A stretch of 20,691 bases of DNA, taken from Planctomycetota bacterium. Lineage in GTDB: Bacteria; Planctomycetota; GCA-002687715; DRQF01. The position numbers and the translations under genes were made by a program. The notes under the pieces were generated by a model. It ran no database searches, was not told where the DNA came from, and saw nothing but the letters and a program-made list of their open reading frames with translations. The stretch is from positions 1-20,691 of the forward strand of contig JALTLO010000056.1 in NCBI GenBank assembly GCA_027001995.1. Reading direction: 5' to 3'. Of the stretch, positions 16,866 to 20,691 are shown in pieces. The first letter of the stretch is position 1, and every line of letters starts with the position of its first letter.

Positions 16866-18551
16866 ATGAATATTCTAGTTCTCGTTTTCTTGTTCATCCT
16901 TTGTCCTAGGCAGTTTCTCTTGGCCCAGAATGAGGCGACTCAGTTAGACGATCCTCAATTGGGGCTCCCGGTTCGAGAACTCGTGGTGTTCAAGGATGGT
17001 CATGCACTTGTTCACCATCAAGGGCAAGTGGTTTTGGATGACAACAAGGCCATCGCTTTTCAGGATTTGCCCAAGCCGTTGATGGGGACTTTCTGGCCCT
17101 CTGTGAGAACACCTGGCTGGAAGATCAATTCCACCACTGCGGGTTGGCGCATGGTGGCGGAAGATCGGAACGTGTCGACCTTGGCCGAGTTGATCCTCGA
17201 GAACTGTGGGGCTCGTGTCATGGTGACCGAAAAAGACGATGTGCGCTATTCTGGGAGGCTCCTGAAAGCGGACGCCATCGTTGGCACTATCGTCCTAATT
17301 GAAGTTGAGGAGGGACTCAAAACTCTGCCCATAGCGCGCATTCGAGATGTGACTTTTCTTGACGCCAAACCCAAGAGAAAGCGAGTCTTCAAGGAAAGAA
17401 AACGTGTTCTTGCCTATAGTCTGAGTCAAGAGGACGAGAATGTTGCAGGGAAGGTAGAGCTGGGGCTCTCCTATGTCAGCTCGGGTTTTCGTTGGATTCC
17501 CAATTATCGCATTGAGGTTGATGGCGAGGGAAAAGCGCTTGTTCACATGCGGGCAACTTTGGTGAATGACCTGCGCGACTTGGATGATTGCCTCATTCAG
17601 CTTGTTGTGGGTGTGCCGAACTTCTCATTCTCTGGTATGGCTGATCCCATGGCGCTCGCCTATGGGGTGCAGCAAGTGGGAAGCCAACTGAGTAACTTCG
17701 CTAGCAACTACGATTCCAACATGTTCTCGAATGCCGTTAGAACACAGGTTCTTAATCCTTTACCTGTAGCTTCCACAACAGCCCCTGCCACCGGATATCA
17801 ATTTGGCGCTGGAAAGGCTGTAGAGGATTTCTATGTGTTCAGTGTTCCGGGGATTACCCTCAAGAAAAATGAACGCATGAGCGTGGCGCTGGGATCGTTC
17901 GAATTCAACTATTCCGACCACTATGTCTTGGATATTCCTGTTCAAGTGCCGGGGGAGATTAGATCCAACTATCAGCCGAATCGAACTCAGTGGGACAAAC
18001 TGGCCTCAATGCCAAAGGTGATGCATCAGATCCGTCTGCGGAATCGCAGTAAGATCCCTTTAACCACGGCTCCAGCTTTGATTTTCTCGAAGGGGCGGGT
18101 CGTTTCTCAATCTTTGTTGCGCTACACACCTGCAGGCGGTCTATGCTCTTTGGATCTCAGCAAAGCTATCGATATTCACGTCGAGAAGGAAGACTTCGAA
18201 GTGGGCCGGGTGGCAGACGCCAAGTCTCTCGGTCGGCGCACTTACCATCAGGTTAATTACTCGGGCCGCGTTCGCTTAGCGAATCATGACAACAAGAAGA
18301 TTGTTGTTGAGGTGAATCGCTATCTTGTTGGTCACATGGACGAGAGTCCTGAAGGTGGAGAACGTCACACCCTGAGTCCTTTTGACGATTTAGATACGGT
18401 TTTCGGCCCGACAAGCTCAGGGTCATCGCATCGCGGATGGGCGTCGTGGTGGCGCCAGGTTAACGCCATCGAGAAAGTATCTTGGACCGTGGTTCTTGAT
18501 CCAAAGCAAGAACGAAGTTTAGGCTACACTTGGCACTACTACTGGAGATAG
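16866..18551 (+). CDS. Exported DUF4139-like domain protein
   Basis: GGAGG at 16856-16860 before ATG 16866; signal peptide ...LLA|QN. Motifs VVFKDGHA, LSYVSSGFRWIPNYRI, ATLVND, LVVGVPNF, PLTTAPAL, LRYTPAG. Confidence 0.8.
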   Translation: MNILVLVFLFILCPRQFLLAQNEATQLDDPQLGLPVRELVVFKDGHALVHHQGQVVLDDNKAIAFQDLPKPLMGTFWPSVRTPGWKINSTTAGWRMVAEDRNVSTLAELILENCGARVMVTEKDDVRYSGRLLKADAIVGTIVLIEVEEGLKTLPIARIRDVTFLDAKPKRKRVFKERKRVLAYSLSQEDENVAGKVELGLSYVSSGFRWIPNYRIEVDGEGKALVHMRATLVNDLRDLDDCLIQLVVGVPNFSFSGMADPMALAYGVQQVGSQLSNFASNYDSNMFSNAVRTQVLNPLPVASTTAPATGYQFGAGKAVEDFYVFSVPGITLKKNERMSVALGSFEFNYSDHYVLDIPVQVPGEIRSNYQPNRTQWDKLASMPKVMHQIRLRNRSKIPLTTAPALIFSKGRVVSQSLLRYTPAGGLCSLDLSKAIDIHVEKEDFEVGRVADAKSLGRRTYHQVNYSGRVRLANHDNKKIVVEVNRYLVGHMDESPEGGERHTLSPFDDLDTVFGPTSSGSSHRGWASWWRQVNAIEKVSWTVVLDPKQERSLGYTWHYYWR

Positions 18552-18578
18552 AATTGGGTTGTTCGCACTTGAGGTAAC

Positions 18579-19289
18579 ATGACTATGAGCCAAGGCCGGA
18601 TCTTAGTTGTCGAAGATGATGAGCCCATCAGACGTGGTCTGGTGGATGCGCTCAAATATGCCGGCTACGATGTTTGCCAAGCTGCAGACGGTGAAGCTGG
18701 TTTATTGGCTGCGACCTCAGGTGATGTAGACCTTGTTCTCTTGGATGTGTTGATGCCGAAGCGGGACGGATTTTCTGTTCTCAAAGAGATCCGCGGTCGA
18801 AGGCAGGATTTACCGGTCATCATGCTGACAGCCAAAGGAGAGGAAGAAGATCGTATCGGTGGACTCCGCGCTGGGGCTGATGACTACGTCGTCAAGCCAT
18901 TCTCAGCGGAAGAACTTTTGGCGCGGGTTGATGCAGTCTTGCGTCGCTCTCCACAACGGCGCAAGAACGTAGCCAGTCTCGAACTTGCTGGACGCCGCAT
19001 TGACTTCAATCTTCGCACGATTACCCATGGAGACGGTTCTACCGTCGAATTGTCAGAACGGGAGTGCTGCTTATTGGCCTACTTAGCGCGGAACATGGGA
19101 CGTTGTATTCCGCGGGACGAGCTTCTGTCCGCCGTTTGGGGACTTGATCCAAGGGGTATCAAGACGCGTACTGTTGACATGCACATTGCCCGTCTGCGAG
19201 AGCGCCTGAAGGCAAATGAGGGCCAGGAGATCATTAAGACGATCCGGTCTCGGGGATACTTGCTTGAAGCCGGAACTGCCGAAGAATGA
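18579..19289 (+). CDS. OmpR/PhoB-family response regulator
   Basis: ILVVEDD, LVLLDVLMP (phospho-Asp), MLTAKG, GADDYVVKPF, and winged-helix RTVDMHIARLRERL...TIRSRGY. Start is 18579 or 18585. Confidence 0.97.
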   Translation: MTMSQGRILVVEDDEPIRRGLVDALKYAGYDVCQAADGEAGLLAATSGDVDLVLLDVLMPKRDGFSVLKEIRGRRQDLPVIMLTAKGEEEDRIGGLRAGADDYVVKPFSAEELLARVDAVLRRSPQRRKNVASLELAGRRIDFNLRTITHGDGSTVELSERECCLLAYLARNMGRCIPRDELLSAVWGLDPRGIKTRTVDMHIARLRERLKANEGQEIIKTIRSRGYLLEAGTAEE

Positions 19290-20691
19290 GGCGATCAACC
19301 AAGACATGGATTTTTTTCTCCTTCGGAGCAGCGGTGGTTCTCGGGGTCATGGTTTATGTCTCCCTTCGGGTGTCGGCTGAAGAGAAGAAGGCGAGATTAG
19401 CTCGTTCGGTCGCTGGGCATCAAGAGAAGGAGCGGGCCGCTTTGTGGCGATTGGATAGCGCATTAGCGCCGATCTTGGCCAATGAAACCGGGCGCGCCAT
19501 TGCTGAAATGGCGGGGATAATTCCACTCAGTTCAACTCCGCCAGCGTTTTTTCGCCTCTTCTTTTCACAGGATGCTGAAGGGAATCTCAAGGGGTTTGCG
19601 TCGACACCAAATCTCTCGACAGAACAGAAACGGACCATCAGCCTTCTCGATTTGGAGTCAGTGAAAACCAAAGTCAGAACTGATCACACTTGGGATGACC
19701 CAGAAGCTCAGGACCTCGCCAGTAACCTTGCACTCTTGAACGCCAGCAACTCAAGTGGAAGCGGGTGGGACCGCAATGATGATAGGATTCGTCAGAGAAA
19801 CCAGATGTTGACGAATTTTGCCAATCCGGCGAACATTTTCGTGCCCGCGAAGTTCAGTTGGCGTTCCCTTATGCCCTTTGTTGGTTATTGGCTCAACGTT
19901 GACGGGGTGGACACCTTGTTGCTGTCAAGGCCGGGAGGTGAAAGTAATATCTTTCAGTTTGCCCTGGTGGACTGGGATGAGCTGCGCTTGTGGATGACAA
20001 CACATATCGAGGATCTCTTGCCTCAGGCTTCCTTGGAGCCGGCTTCAACCCGCAGCGATAACTCTCCTCAAGCGCTGCTGACAGCTCTTCCCTTACGACT
20101 GGTGTCGGAACCAGTCCCGCTAGAGTCTGCTACTTTGGGGTTACCTTTGATTCTTGGCTGGGGTGCGGTTTTCTTGGGGCTGATTAGCATTGCTGGTGTG
20201 CTCCGGGCATCTCTATTGATTGGCGATCGGCGAGCGCGCTTCGTTTCGACAGTGACTCATGAACTGCGCACACCCATCACCACCTTTCGTATGTATTCAC
20301 AGATGCTGGCAGACGGCATGGTGACAGAAGAATCGCAGAAAGTTGTCTATCTTCAAACGTTGAAGGAAGAGAGCGCGCGAATTGCTCGGGTGTTGGAAAG
20401 TGTTCTTCTGTATTCCCGCTTGGAAGAAGGACGAGCAGAGGCCAGGAAATCAACGGTCTCAGTGATGGATCTCTTGGACGGCATCATGGTGCCCATGGTC
20501 CGGCAGGCCAGGGTTCACGGCCTTGACTTGAAAATTGACTTTCACCATGCCCAAGACCAAAGCTTGGAGACGGACGCACAGGTGGTTGAGCAAATCATGC
20601 TCAATCTTTTGGACAATGCTGGAAAGTATGCCAGCGGCCAGAGTCGATCTGTCGAACTTTTCAGCGGCGTCGGGAACCATCAACTTTTTCT
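19286..20691 (+). CDS. Membrane sensor histidine kinase (3' partial; absent from the ORF track)
   Basis: ATGA overlap with the regulator stop. Begins MRRSTKTWIFFSFGAAVVLGVMVYVSL (TM1), with a second TM near 20135-20210. H-box FVSTVTHELRTP (His codon at 20258, in frame) and N-box QIMLNLLDNAGKYA. Confidence 0.95.
   Translation, partial: MRRSTKTWIFFSFGAAVVLGVMVYVSLRVSAEEKKARLARSVAGHQEKERAALWRLDSALAPILANETGRAIAEMAGIIPLSSTPPAFFRLFFSQDAEGNLKGFASTPNLSTEQKRTISLLDLESVKTKVRTDHTWDDPEAQDLASNLALLNASNSSGSGWDRNDDRIRQRNQMLTNFANPANIFVPAKFSWRSLMPFVGYWLNVDGVDTLLLSRPGGESNIFQFALVDWDELRLWMTTHIEDLLPQASLEPASTRSDNSPQALLTALPLRLVSEPVPLESATLGLPLILGWGAVFLGLISIAGVLRASLLIGDRRARFVSTVTHELRTPITTFRMYSQMLADGMVTEESQKVVYLQTLKEESARIARVLESVLLYSRLEEGRAEARKSTVSVMDLLDGIMVPMVRQARVHGLDLKIDFHHAQDQSLETDAQVVEQIMLNLLDNAGKYASGQSRSVELFSGVGNHQLF

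Noticed and set aside
730..20683. Numerous short ORFs nested in or antisense to the long genes
   Set aside because: They overlap well-supported CDSs (e.g. 19420..19671 and 20459..20683 are antisense to the kinase) and show no motifs.

Overview
Bacterial chromosomal window; the gene families suggest a Planctomycetota-like organism (inference). From left to right: (1) a cluster of large exported proteins (1-5832), two of which end in a 278/281-nt identical C-terminal module; a third carries a diverged version of the terminal TFQ...(T/S)NAV motif, which may be a sorting domain. (2) An internally deleted AAA_14/DUF4143 ATPase pseudogene that is missing from the ORF track, with a 23-bp tandem repeat upstream. 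(3) The main finding: two adjacent minus-strand genes, each split in the ORF track by a single in-frame UGA at a redox-Cys position. Each UGA is followed by CUA and by a hairpin whose stem starts at +15 and whose loop starts at +21. These look like a tandem pair of exported selenoproteins: a SelN-like thioredoxin-fold protein (6423-7610) and a redoxin / c-type heme / type II copper monooxygenase fusion (7728-9545). (4) Three divergent cobalamin-binding radical SAM genes around a GH42-like protein that may be catalytically degenerate. (5) An operon of a DUF4139-like exported protein, an OmpR-type regulator and a sensor kinase that runs off the window edge. No rRNA, tRNA, CRISPR array or transposase was seen. 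Family assignments come from motifs recognised by eye, not from database searches.
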